A stretch of 64,000 bases of DNA from a virus, in IMG/VR virus record IMGVR_UViG_3300025276_000020, one strand, 5' to 3'. Under the pieces are notes generated by a model. That model made no database searches. It was not told where the DNA came from and saw only the letters and a program-made list of their open reading frames with translations. Made by a program: the position numbers and the translations under genes. Every line of letters starts with the position of its first letter. Positions within the stretch are counted from its first letter, which is position 1. Shown piece by piece: positions 1 to 9,009 of the stretch.

Positions 1-8
1 TTATCGGA

Positions 9-239
9 ATGAAAGATATGCGAATAGAGATAGAAGAGGGAAATCTATCTGAGATGTGGCAGATACGCATGATTCTATTGATGGCAATGTTCATCGTGTA
101 TGAGCTTGGTTACATTGAACTATTCTACTACTGTCTTCCATACATCTTAATGGGCACAGTTGGTGACATATTTGCGACTCTTATGTTAATAGGATTCATA
201 GAATATAGTGGTGATAGGGATCCAGACGAGGAAGACTGA
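9..239 (+). CDS. hypothetical membrane protein
   Basis: 76-aa ORF with two hydrophobic segments, followed by a terminator. Confidence 0.5.
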   Translation: MKDMRIEIEEGNLSEMWQIRMILLMAMFIVYELGYIELFYYCLPYILMGTVGDIFATLMLIGFIEYSGDRDPDEED

Positions 240-266
240 GTATCTTCACACTTATTTACTAATTTT

Positions 267-290
267 AAAGGCTCTAACGAGCCTTTTTTT
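267..290 (+). terminator. intrinsic terminator
   Basis: AAAGGCTC-TAAC-GAGCCTTT hairpin plus T-run. Confidence 0.75.
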
Positions 291-297
291 ATAAATA
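290..297 (+). promoter_or_regulatory. T4-type late promoter heading the curli-like cluster
   Basis: TATAAATA, followed by AAGGAG SD and ATG at 320. Confidence 0.75.
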
Positions 298-319
298 ACT
301 ATAGTAAAGGAGTGAATTT

Positions 320-598
320 ATGGACGTGCTAAGTTTGATAGCAGATGTTGGGTTTCCAATTGCGGCAGCCCTGTCAGGTGGATTTTTCGTGTTTCTTACG
401 CTAAGGTTTATCCTCGACGGAGTATTGTCGGACATCAAAACACAAAGAGGCTTTGCACAAGCCTTAGATAATAGAATTAAGACGATGAACAATGAAGTCA
501 TGAGAATAGACCTCATGATTTGTCACGCTCACAATGTAAGCCCAGACCTGGATAGAGTGGCGAGAGCCGATGGTCAGAAAGATGCGAGGAAAGATTAA
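320..598 (+). CDS. small single-TM/coiled-coil protein (paralog of 975..1298)
   Basis: GFPIAAA TM segment then coiled coil LDNRIKTMNNEVMRID; strong SD. Confidence 0.75.
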   Translation: MDVLSLIADVGFPIAAALSGGFFVFLTLRFILDGVLSDIKTQRGFAQALDNRIKTMNNEVMRIDLMICHAHNVSPDLDRVARADGQKDARKD

Positions 599-801
599 TG
601 TACTATAAAGACTACGACTTAATGAAGTTCGATAACGGGTTTAGGGTTGTCAAAAAAGACAATCCAGACGATAAGTTTCATATGATCGATGAAGGTCTAT
701 TGAAGATAGGGGATACGTTTGTAGTTGGTCCTAGTGGCTACTTCGAACATAGAGGCAATATTATGGACGCATTTGAGGATACAGATAATGCTTTGGCTTG
801 A
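598..801 (+). CDS. hypothetical protein (paralog of 788..982)
   Basis: TAATG coupling; KIGDTFVVGPSGY motif shared with next ORF. Confidence 0.65.
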   Translation: MYYKDYDLMKFDNGFRVVKKDNPDDKFHMIDEGLLKIGDTFVVGPSGYFEHRGNIMDAFEDTDNALA

Positions 802-982
802 TTATAATATTAACCAAGTTGGCGCACATTTTAAAGTTGAGGGAGAGTGGGAAGGAGAAGTCATGGGTGTTCAAAAAGATGGAACAGCTAAAAACAACCA
901 CTTATATAAGCCAGGAGATACTTTCGTTGTAAACGAAAATGGATGGTTAATGAAAATAGGATCAGATAAAGAAGATGCCTGA
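788..982 (+). CDS. hypothetical protein (paralog of 598..801)
   Basis: Likely start ATG 788 (MLWLDY); KPGDTFVVNENGW motif. Confidence 0.65.
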   Translation: MLWLDYNINQVGAHFKVEGEWEGEVMGVQKDGTAKNNHLYKPGDTFVVNENGWLMKIGSDKEDA

Positions 983-1298
983 GGCAGAAACACTTAATAT
1001 TGCTGAGATGATCTCGCAATACGGCTTTCCAATTATAGCCGCAGTAGGACTAGGGTACTTCATATACTATATCTGGAACTGGGTAACGGAAGAGGTCGAT
1101 CCGGTTATTGGCGAGTCACATATGACACTGATAGCACTGATCGATAGAGTAAGAATGTTAGATAATGACTTGATTAGGCTCAAAACTAAACTGGACATGA
1201 TCTTACAACAACAGGATAAAAACGATTATGAAAAAATATTTGATAACAACCGTGATAGTACTAACAGCGGTGATGACATCTCATTCGACAGCAAGTGA
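975..1298 (+). CDS. small single-TM/coiled-coil protein (paralog of 320..598)
   Basis: GFPIIAAVGLGYFIYYIW then LIDRVRMLDNDLIRL. Confidence 0.75.
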   Translation: MPEAETLNIAEMISQYGFPIIAAVGLGYFIYYIWNWVTEEVDPVIGESHMTLIALIDRVRMLDNDLIRLKTKLDMILQQQDKNDYEKIFDNNRDSTNSGDDISFDSK

Positions 1299-1701
1299 GC
1301 TGACGCATGTATTTGTATCTCCAGCTTTTAATGGCAACGGTTACAGTTCGCACATACTGACAATAGAGCAGTTAGAGGCTAATAGAAGAAAAGAGATTAA
1401 GGACGAGAAAAAGGCACGGGAAGACGAAGCAGAACGTGATTTGAAATCTACCAATGCGTATAAGTTCCAGAACAATTTAGAGTCTAGAATTTATGCAACC
1501 CTCTCTAAGAATATAGCGGACTCGCTATTCGGTGAAGGTGGTGGAGAAACAATAGAAGGAGAATGGTACGAAGCAACTACTCCATTTGGAGATATAATTG
1601 CATGGAAACAAGAGGGCGGTAGAATATACGTAACTGTCACAGATTCCAATGGTGATATCGTTTCCGAATTTGACGTTCCTGTAGGAGATTTTTCGTTCTA
1701 A
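1228..1701 (+). CDS. csgF: curli assembly protein CsgF-like
   Basis: Signal peptide; mature N-terminus ELTHVFVSPAFNGNG resembles the CsgF N-terminal F-x-N-P-x-F-G-G motif; directly upstream of csgG. Confidence 0.75.
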   Translation: MKKYLITTVIVLTAVMTSHSTASELTHVFVSPAFNGNGYSSHILTIEQLEANRRKEIKDEKKAREDEAERDLKSTNAYKFQNNLESRIYATLSKNIADSLFGEGGGETIEGEWYEATTPFGDIIAWKQEGGRIYVTVTDSNGDIVSEFDVPVGDFSF

Positions 1702-2489
1702 TGAAACAATTTCTTGCGCTATTAGCATTAGTACTGACTACAAGTGGATGTGCTACACTGACCGAAGACTTTGGATTTAAGCCCGAGCCAGAAACAGCAA
1801 AAGTAGTTAAGAATGAAAATACGGAATTTCTTACTATGCCAGCTCCTTCTACAGGTAAAGCAGTTGTAGCAGTATATGGGTTCACTGATAAGACAGGACA
1901 GAGAAAGCCTAGTGAAAGAATGGCTAACATTAGTACCGCTGTCACGCAGGGCTCTGAAGTTTGGCTGATCAAGGCGCTTCAAGAAGTTGGAGGAGGCACT
2001 TGGTTTCAAGTAGTAGAGAGAATAGGGTTAGAAAATCTAACTAAAGAAAGGCAAATAATTCGTCAGAGCCGAGCGGCTGTGAAGGATACAAGAGAATTGA
2101 GACCGATGCTATTTGCAGGGGTCTTAGTAGAGGGAGGCATAATTGGATATGATTCCAATGTGCTAACCGGTGGTGCAGGTGCTCGATACTTAGGTGTCGG
2201 TCCCAGTACCCAATACAGACAGGACATAGTGACTGTAACTATTAGAATGGTAAGCGTACAAAGCGGAGAAGTGTTGTTAAGTGTTTCAACTACAAAAACT
2301 ATTATAAGCACTGGAACAAGCATGACATTCTTTAGATTTTTCGATATGGGCACAAACTCGCTAGAGGCAGAAATGGGTCATTCTATTAATGAACCCGTCA
2401 ATTATGCCGTAAGAGTTGCTATAGAGCAAGCCGTCGTTGAGTTGATTAAAGAAGGAGAAAGGAAGGAATACTGGCAATACGTTAAGTAG
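1701..2489 (+). CDS. csgG: curli secretion channel lipoprotein CsgG
   Basis: Lipobox TSGC; VAVYGFTDKTGQRKP, STAVTQG, WFQVVER.GL.NL.KERQIIR, EGGIIGYDSN, NEPV motifs. Confidence 0.93.
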   Translation: MKQFLALLALVLTTSGCATLTEDFGFKPEPETAKVVKNENTEFLTMPAPSTGKAVVAVYGFTDKTGQRKPSERMANISTAVTQGSEVWLIKALQEVGGGTWFQVVERIGLENLTKERQIIRQSRAAVKDTRELRPMLFAGVLVEGGIIGYDSNVLTGGAGARYLGVGPSTQYRQDIVTVTIRMVSVQSGEVLLSVSTTKTIISTGTSMTFFRFFDMGTNSLEAEMGHSINEPVNYAVRVAIEQAVVELIKEGERKEYWQYVK

Positions 2490-2587
2490 ACCTTTATAAA
2501 ATTATAACACCTTTGATATGAGGAGTAAGTAAAACTAAAAAAATATGTTCGTTGTCGGGAGAGATCGAACAAAACGGAGTAATACAT

Positions 2588-3280
2588 ATGAGCAATTTAA
2601 AGCTTTACACTATAGCACTGATCGCATTTGCGGCTTTTGCTACAACCACACACGCTAGTGACGTGTACATTGTGCAGGCTGGTTCTAGCAGTACAATCGA
2701 TATCACTCAAACCGGTAATGGCAACACCGTGGGTAATTCAACAACTGCCACAACCTTAAATGGCGATAGTCAGGACATAGATATCAGTCAACAAGGTAAT
2801 TCCAACAAAACGGATATATCCACGAGTGCAGGATCTAGTTCAACAACCATCAATATATTGAATACTGGTGACTCGAACGAAACTGTGATGGGTATTGCCA
2901 CAACCGGAACGACCTTCACTTCAACGGTGACAGGCGACAGCAATCTGGTAACAGTCTGCGGTACCAACGACAACTCTGGAGTTGCATCTGTAGGATCAGT
3001 TACGGACGGAGTATCGACTGCTTCTACCACAGGCACAATAGCAACCTGTACAACAGAGGTCAGCGTTACTGATACGACTACAACTCTAGCGACCACTGGT
3101 GATTATAACACAGTCAATCTAGAATTGGATGCTGCCGATGCAGTGAATACTATAACAGTTGGCGGTAATGTGTCTAGTAACTTCAATGAGATAAATCTCA
3201 CACAATCTACTACAGATATTCCTGTAGTTACTATGACAGTTGATGGTGATAGTAATGCGATTAACATCATACAGAATTAA
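2588..3280 (+). CDS. secreted curlin-repeat protein (CsgA/CsgB-like)
   Basis: Signal peptide; repeats ITQTGNGNTV, ISQQGNSNKT, NTGDSNET, VTGDSNLV, TTGDYNTV, VDGDSNAI; start at ATG 2588 after GGAG. Confidence 0.75.
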   Translation: MSNLKLYTIALIAFAAFATTTHASDVYIVQAGSSSTIDITQTGNGNTVGNSTTATTLNGDSQDIDISQQGNSNKTDISTSAGSSSTTINILNTGDSNETVMGIATTGTTFTSTVTGDSNLVTVCGTNDNSGVASVGSVTDGVSTASTTGTIATCTTEVSVTDTTTTLATTGDYNTVNLELDAADAVNTITVGGNVSSNFNEINLTQSTTDIPVVTMTVDGDSNAINIIQN

Positions 3281-4358
3281 TCTACTATTTACATTTATAC
3301 TATGTTTTGCTAGTTCCTTTGCGTTGGGTAATACTACGGAAACGATTGGTAGTATTACTTCGCAAAAGGGCAACCCTGCACAAATAACGAGAGATGGTGA
3401 TAGCATTTCTACGGAGAAGGGAACTGGTTTATCTATGGACGATGAGATCGTTACAGCAAAAACCAAACTGGGACTCACATTCATAGACGATACTAGAGTA
3501 AGTGTCACCGAACAATCCGTACTAATCATCGATGACTTTATCTATGATCCAAGTACTGGTACAGGCAAACTAGCAATGAACATCGCACTCGGCACTGTTA
3601 AGTACTCATCTGGTGCAATCGCAAGAAACTCAAGAGAAAATGTATCCCTAAAAACGCCCACTGCGACAATATCTGTTCGTGGTACTGACTTCACTATGAC
3701 CGTAGATGAACTGGGCAGAAGTATTGTTATTCTGTTACCGAGTTGTCCTCCCGTGGGCGATTGCTGGACAGGTGAGATTATGGTCTCTACCGAAGTGGGA
3801 CAGGTCATATTAAATCAGGCATATCAAGCAACATTAGTATCGAACAAAATGGCTACTCCGACTAAGCCTAAGATACTAGACATCACGGAAGCCAATATTG
3901 GTAACATGTTAATCATCACACCACCGCCAGAATTGAAAGGTATAGGATACATAGTTCAAGCAGAAGTTGCCGAATACTTAGATAGTGATTTGCTAGAATA
4001 TGCTGAACTAAATTCAGACGAATTAGAAGAAGATAAACTAGAATTCAAAGAGCTTGATGTAAACAGGCTAGACATAGATTTTCTATTCAACGTGCTAGAC
4101 GCTACTGCTATGCTACAAGACGAACAATTGGCTATTGACCCAGTTCTTCCTACAATAAATGCATATAGGACCACAGTTCAAGCATTCTACGATGAGGAAA
4201 AGATAGGCATTTATAGTGAAAGCTCTGTACACATTTCAGACGTAACTACCGAGCGTATAACAGACGGTGACGTAAACCTATACAAAGACAATGTGCCTGC
4301 ACTCATTCAGCTAAACGGAGGTGGAGATGTTATCATCAATATTACGCAAAGCCAGTAG
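3255..4358 (+). CDS. secreted FecR-domain protein
   Basis: Signal peptide; LTFIDDTRVSVTEQSVLIID and KTPTATISVRGTDF FecR motifs; acidic C-terminal half. Confidence 0.85.
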   Translation: MRLTSYRINLLFTFILCFASSFALGNTTETIGSITSQKGNPAQITRDGDSISTEKGTGLSMDDEIVTAKTKLGLTFIDDTRVSVTEQSVLIIDDFIYDPSTGTGKLAMNIALGTVKYSSGAIARNSRENVSLKTPTATISVRGTDFTMTVDELGRSIVILLPSCPPVGDCWTGEIMVSTEVGQVILNQAYQATLVSNKMATPTKPKILDITEANIGNMLIITPPPELKGIGYIVQAEVAEYLDSDLLEYAELNSDELEEDKLEFKELDVNRLDIDFLFNVLDATAMLQDEQLAIDPVLPTINAYRTTVQAFYDEEKIGIYSESSVHISDVTTERITDGDVNLYKDNVPALIQLNGGGDVIINITQSQ

Positions 4359-5313
4359 TATTATAATTCTAGCGTGGTTCATATCCTCAGACGCTTATGC
4401 TGATACGGGTACTCCAGTGATGAACGTAAGTTCACAAGGCTCTACTTATATCTACGTCTATAATGGCAATGATACAACAACCTTTGCTGATCTAGTAGCC
4501 TTAGGCAATAGTATTGTTGGATGGATTGCTACTATGACATCTTATAGCGGCTTTGGATCTGGTTCGGTAGGAGATACTGCTTTTGTATGCAGTGTCAGTG
4601 GCAGTGGCGACAATCTATTTTTAACTATGTGTGACGCTGATGGCAATAGTTTTACCCCTGCGGCAGGTTCCTGGTACTCCTTTTCAGCTCCTGCAGCCGA
4701 CGCAACTCCAGTTTACGGATCAACTGCGCCAACTACCGCACAGCAGACTAAAATAAATGCAAAACTCGCATTAGCCGCCGCAGGACAAGGTGACACAGTT
4801 GAAGCAAGCATAACAGGTAGCTTTAATGATATATTCATAACACAAGCTGGTGGTATAAGTTACCTAGACTTAATAATTACCGGCAATCTTAATAATGTCG
4901 ATACTGAGCAGGATCTAAATTCAGGATCACACGGATATATCGATGCCACTATAATTGGTAACAGTAATGACATAGACATACTACAAAAAGGCATCGGCAA
5001 CAAAGCCGCTGTACTTACCGTAACGGGAGATAGTAATGATGTCGATATAGCGCAACACGGTCTTGGTGATAAATTTATAGACTTAGAGATTACTGGCGAT
5101 AATCACAAGGCAGATATATTTCAAAACGGATCAGGCGCTCATTCTGCTAGAGTCGAACTCGATGGCTCACAGCCATGGGATTTCAAGTTAGAGCAAAGAG
5201 GAGCAACCGATAAGAATTACACATTGCCACATACCATGAGTGATGGAGCTGGAGTTAGTGGAACTTGTAATGCTTCAGGCGGTTGCAACCTAATAGTATA
5301 TCAAAATGACTAG
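4327..5313 (+). CDS. secreted curlin-repeat protein
   Basis: Signal peptide; ~22-24 aa repeats ITGSFNDIFITQ, ITGNLNNVDTEQ, IIGNSNDIDILQ, VTGDSNDVDIAQ, ITGDNHKADIFQ. Confidence 0.75.
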   Translation: MLSSILRKASSIIILAWFISSDAYADTGTPVMNVSSQGSTYIYVYNGNDTTTFADLVALGNSIVGWIATMTSYSGFGSGSVGDTAFVCSVSGSGDNLFLTMCDADGNSFTPAAGSWYSFSAPAADATPVYGSTAPTTAQQTKINAKLALAAAGQGDTVEASITGSFNDIFITQAGGISYLDLIITGNLNNVDTEQDLNSGSHGYIDATIIGNSNDIDILQKGIGNKAAVLTVTGDSNDVDIAQHGLGDKFIDLEITGDNHKADIFQNGSGAHSARVELDGSQPWDFKLEQRGATDKNYTLPHTMSDGAGVSGTCNASGGCNLIVYQND

Positions 5314-5473
5314 AGTCGATAAATCTCCTGTTGTTTACTGGACATCAGAATGGGTGAAAACTGGTAAGACAGAAGTCTATGCAGATAAGAACGGTGACAA
5401 GCGTACTAGACCCGAACTTAGTCTGGTAGGCGAACGAAATCCCAATTGGAAACCTATAGCAAGACGTTACTAA
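5306..5473 (+). CDS. 55-aa hypothetical protein (not in ORF track)
   Basis: MTRVDKSPVVYWTSEW...WKPIARRY*, overlapping the upstream stop. Confidence 0.5.
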   Translation: MTRVDKSPVVYWTSEWVKTGKTEVYADKNGDKRTRPELSLVGERNPNWKPIARRY

Positions 5474-5667
5474 ATAGATGTACAAAAGATACACATAGAA
5501 GAGTATATGTTGTGCGAATAGATAAAACATGGGGAGAGTGGCACTGGGTTAACGATGATGGTGTTACTGTAAGTCCTCGCTTTATAACAAAACAAGAGGC
5601 TTGCTACTGGCTAGTGCAATTCGAATGCGATAGATCAGAGCCAATGAAAGTAGATACAGAGACATGA
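5446..5667 (+). CDS. hypothetical protein (true start probably a later GTG)
   Basis: ORF coupled by ATGA overlap to the cyclase gene. Confidence 0.5.
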   Translation: METYSKTLLNRCTKDTHRRVYVVRIDKTWGEWHWVNDDGVTVSPRFITKQEACYWLVQFECDRSEPMKVDTET

Positions 5668-7700
5668 AAATCATCCTTTCGCCATTATTTGCTATTATCA
5701 CTACGCTAATTCTAGCGTGGGTAACACTATCTAATCCAACTCTACTACAAAGCATTGATCTAAAGATCGCAGATCAACTCATAGTCGAAGAAAAGCAATT
5801 CATCGATGATGTGGTATTAGTAGACATATCAGAAAAGACTTTAGAAACTCATGGGCAATACCCACTACCAAGAGACATCTACGGGGATTTAATCCTCAGA
5901 TTGCGTCAAGCGAATGCAGGCATTATCGTATTTAATCTATCATTCCCAGAAGAAGATCGAACAGGTCAAGACGAATATTTCACGGATATGCTCGGGCAAG
6001 GCGTCATCTTATCTCATTTCCCTAGTAATAAGGCTCAAAACAGATCAGCATACAGTACTGCTATTGTACAGGTTGGCGGTGATGCTTTGGATTATATTTA
6101 CAATTATCCTGGTATAGCCGCAAACTTAGAGAAGTACGAGAACGTAGCAACAGGCATTGGAATTGCAAATACTCTACCAGAAATTGATGGAGTAGTAAGA
6201 CGATTACCCATGCTTGCTGGAGTACAGGAATCCTTATATCCTTCAATCGTTTTAGAGATATTCAAGGCTTACACTGGATCAAATACCTTTCAAGTAAAAA
6301 ACAGCGAATTTGGTGTGACAGCAGTTAGAGTAAAAGGGTTTCCAATCATCAATACGGATTCCTTAAGCCGCATATGGATGAACCCAAACTATGATTTTAC
6401 TCGATATGATCTAACGGATACGATGCCAGATTTGAATGGAGCAACAGTTTTTGTTGGGGTTACTGCTGACGGCATATCAAACCCCGTACCTACGGCTTCT
6501 GGTGCTGTCTATGGGCACGATCTTACTGCTAGGGCATTCACATCCGTAAAGAATCAGTATAATATTGTTACTCACCCATTAGAAGAATTCATTAAACTTA
6601 TCGGAATCATTGTGCTAGGTCTTTCTATTATTGGTCTGAGCTATGTTAGATTTGGTTGGGCATTGTCTATAGGCATGACAGGCGCACTGATCTATCTTCC
6701 TGTATATTTCTTCAATACTGATCTATCACTACTGATCACTACAGTTCAAGGATTGATGGGCATCATGATTTTCACTCATGTCTATGCCGTCAAGTATGGA
6801 CAAGAATACTTTCAAAAGATGGCTATCAAGAAGCAGTTTGCTGGATATGCATCTCCTGCGGTCGTCAAGATGCTTCAAGAAAACCCTGCCTTAGTCAAGG
6901 ATGGAGTTAAGAAAGAAGTGTCAATTGTGTTCTCTGATCTTCGTGGCTTCACGCCTCTTGGTGAGTCGTTTGGTGACGATGTAAAGGGTCTTACTCAAGT
7001 GATGAACGGATACATGGATGCAATATCTAAACCAATTCTAGATGTAAATGGAATGGTTATCAAGTATATCGGTGATGCGTCTATGCACATACACAATGCT
7101 CCCATAGACGATCCAGATCACCCTAAGACTGGCATACAGACATGTCTCAACATGCTAAGAGCAGTGGAGGAATTCAATGAAGAACTTACAAAAACTGGTC
7201 GCCCACCAGTCGGCATGGGTGCCGGTATTAATACTGGTCTTGGTTATATTGGCGAAATGGGCTCTACTGCACGACACTCCTACGACATTCTCGGAGACGC
7301 AGTTAGTACGGCAGCCAGATTAGAAAGTTCGTGCAAAGCATATGGTGTTGTTCTGATCGTAGGTCCATCAACATATCAAGCAACCCGTGAAGACTTTTTC
7401 TACTTAAAATTAGATGATTTGGCAGTTAAAGGTAAGACAGTAGGACTAGACATATACACAGTACTTGATCTAGATTCCGAAGAGCATTACGGAGTTGAGA
7501 TCGCTAAACACGGGTACATGCATCATAAATACAGTTCTAGACAGTTCAATGAAGCTATTGAGCTATGCAAAGAACTCAAAGGAAGCTTCGAAGGTCATAT
7601 GGACGGGTACTACGACATATGGATAGAACGCTGTGCCTACATGGAAACACTGAACCTTCCAGACGATTGGGACGGAATCTTTAGAGCCACTAGCAAGTAA
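5664..7700 (+). CDS. CHASE2-domain class III adenylate/guanylate cyclase
   Basis: N-terminal TM; CHASE2 (VLVDISEKTL, DGVVRRLP); 3 TMs; cyclase motifs FSDLRGFT, KYIGDA, GINTG, YDILGDAVSTAARLE. Confidence 0.93.
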   Translation: MKIILSPLFAIITTLILAWVTLSNPTLLQSIDLKIADQLIVEEKQFIDDVVLVDISEKTLETHGQYPLPRDIYGDLILRLRQANAGIIVFNLSFPEEDRTGQDEYFTDMLGQGVILSHFPSNKAQNRSAYSTAIVQVGGDALDYIYNYPGIAANLEKYENVATGIGIANTLPEIDGVVRRLPMLAGVQESLYPSIVLEIFKAYTGSNTFQVKNSEFGVTAVRVKGFPIINTDSLSRIWMNPNYDFTRYDLTDTMPDLNGATVFVGVTADGISNPVPTASGAVYGHDLTARAFTSVKNQYNIVTHPLEEFIKLIGIIVLGLSIIGLSYVRFGWALSIGMTGALIYLPVYFFNTDLSLLITTVQGLMGIMIFTHVYAVKYGQEYFQKMAIKKQFAGYASPAVVKMLQENPALVKDGVKKEVSIVFSDLRGFTPLGESFGDDVKGLTQVMNGYMDAISKPILDVNGMVIKYIGDASMHIHNAPIDDPDHPKTGIQTCLNMLRAVEEFNEELTKTGRPPVGMGAGINTGLGYIGEMGSTARHSYDILGDAVSTAARLESSCKAYGVVLIVGPSTYQATREDFFYLKLDDLAVKGKTVGLDIYTVLDLDSEEHYGVEIAKHGYMHHKYSSRQFNEAIELCKELKGSFEGHMDGYYDIWIERCAYMETLNLPDDWDGIFRATSK

Positions 7701-7778
7701 TTAGTCCCATACCTTGGGACCGTGACCTGAGTATGTCGTAAAACTGCTCACTTTCCTCAAAAAACTTCAAAATAATGG

Positions 7779-7806
7779 TTGACTTTTCTGCCAGCCATGC
7801 TATAAT
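7779..7806 (+). promoter_or_regulatory. sigma70-type early promoter
   Basis: TTGACT-16nt-TATAAT with TG extension and A-rich upstream tract. Confidence 0.7.
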
Positions 7807-7838
7807 AGTTGTATAAAATAATGAAAGAGAGTGATAAT

Positions 7839-8129
7839 ATGACAGCATTTACCAAAGAAGACTTTACCTGGGACGGAATGTACCTAATGTATAGAGGCAG
7901 ACACACCCAGAGTGTGAACATGGAAGTCGCAAGACCTACTTGTCACCCATCTTGGCATGGGTTACCAAAGCCAGAATTCATCGCTAGATTCAAGTACGGA
8001 TATAAGCCTTGGAAAGCTTGGGTCAACTTCTTAGTTAAGAACACTACTGTTGAGCAATACTTGGCTCTACAAGAAGCAGAGCATCCAGTCGGTGCGATGA
8101 AAGCCTTAGGTTACAAGGGGAAGTGTTAA
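7839..8129 (+). CDS. hypothetical early protein
   Basis: ATG 7839 after GAGAG SD, downstream of early promoter. Confidence 0.65.
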   Translation: MTAFTKEDFTWDGMYLMYRGRHTQSVNMEVARPTCHPSWHGLPKPEFIARFKYGYKPWKAWVNFLVKNTTVEQYLALQEAEHPVGAMKALGYKGKC

Positions 8130-8314
8130 TGATAGAGTATTTTAAAGAAATCACGGTGTGGGATAGCAATATCCCAAATCACACATACATGATCGATAAA
8201 GACGGTCATCTCGTTGGGTACATCAAAACAGGTACCACCGAAGAAATCATCTTCGGCAAGCCCATGAAGCAGTTTTCTAAGTCCCGCAGAAAATTCGTCA
8301 AGCTAAAAAGGTAG
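8123..8314 (+). CDS. hypothetical protein
   Basis: Coupled to the upstream ORF (likely ATG 8129); basic C-terminus FSKSRRKF. Confidence 0.6.
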   Translation: MLMIEYFKEITVWDSNIPNHTYMIDKDGHLVGYIKTGTTEEIIFGKPMKQFSKSRRKFVKLKR

Positions 8315-8372
8315 TATAAATATCTCACTTTTGCATAAAAAGACTTGACACAGGATTTATATCGTGTATAAT
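8315..8372 (+). promoter_or_regulatory. tandem late (TATAAATA) and sigma70 (TTGACA-16-TATAAT) promoters
   Basis: TATAAATA 8315-8322; TTGACA 8345-8350; TATAAT 8367-8372. Confidence 0.7.
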
Positions 8373-8415
8373 AAAGTTATAGACTTAGAAGTATAATCAA
8401 CAGAGGCTAATCTAA

Positions 8416-9009
8416 ATGAATATTAAAACAACTGGATATTGGTTATCGGGTGCTATGTCAGTAGCATGTTTACTTGGTTTGTCGTACATGGGTGTTCATG
8501 TTGCTCAAGTGCAAGCTAATGAAGTTGCGACAATAAAGAAAGCTCAAGAAGTCTCTATTGTCCAAGCACAAATACTCCGTGAAGAAAGAGAGTATGAGTA
8601 CGCAACTCAACATCGCTGTCTAGCGTTAAATATATATCACGAGGCTAGAAGTGATGGAGACTTAGGTCAACAAGCAGTTGGCTTTGTTACTATGAATAGG
8701 GTAGAGAATGATAGGTATCCTGAGACCATATGTGACGTTGTGTATCAAGCACACGTGAACGCAAAGGGTAGTCCAATCATAAACAAGTGCCAATTTTCTT
8801 GGTATTGTGACGGTAAATCAGACACCCCAAAAGATAAAGAACGTATTCATACTGCCATGTTAGTGGCAGAATATGTCATGTCGCAATATAATAAGATACC
8901 TGATATGACAGGTGGTGCTATTATGTACCATGCTCACTACAGTAATCCATACTGGTCTAAGGCATACGAGCGTACAGTACGAATAGATAGTCATATATTC
9001 TACAAATAA
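8416..9009 (+). CDS. SleB-like cell wall hydrolase (Hydrolase_2)
   Basis: CLALNIYHEARS, V.MNRV, YP.TIC.VVYQ, CQFSWYCDG, YHA.Y..P.W, HIFY; N-terminal TM anchor. Confidence 0.92.
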   Translation: MNIKTTGYWLSGAMSVACLLGLSYMGVHVAQVQANEVATIKKAQEVSIVQAQILREEREYEYATQHRCLALNIYHEARSDGDLGQQAVGFVTMNRVENDRYPETICDVVYQAHVNAKGSPIINKCQFSWYCDGKSDTPKDKERIHTAMLVAEYVMSQYNKIPDMTGGAIMYHAHYSNPYWSKAYERTVRIDSHIFYK

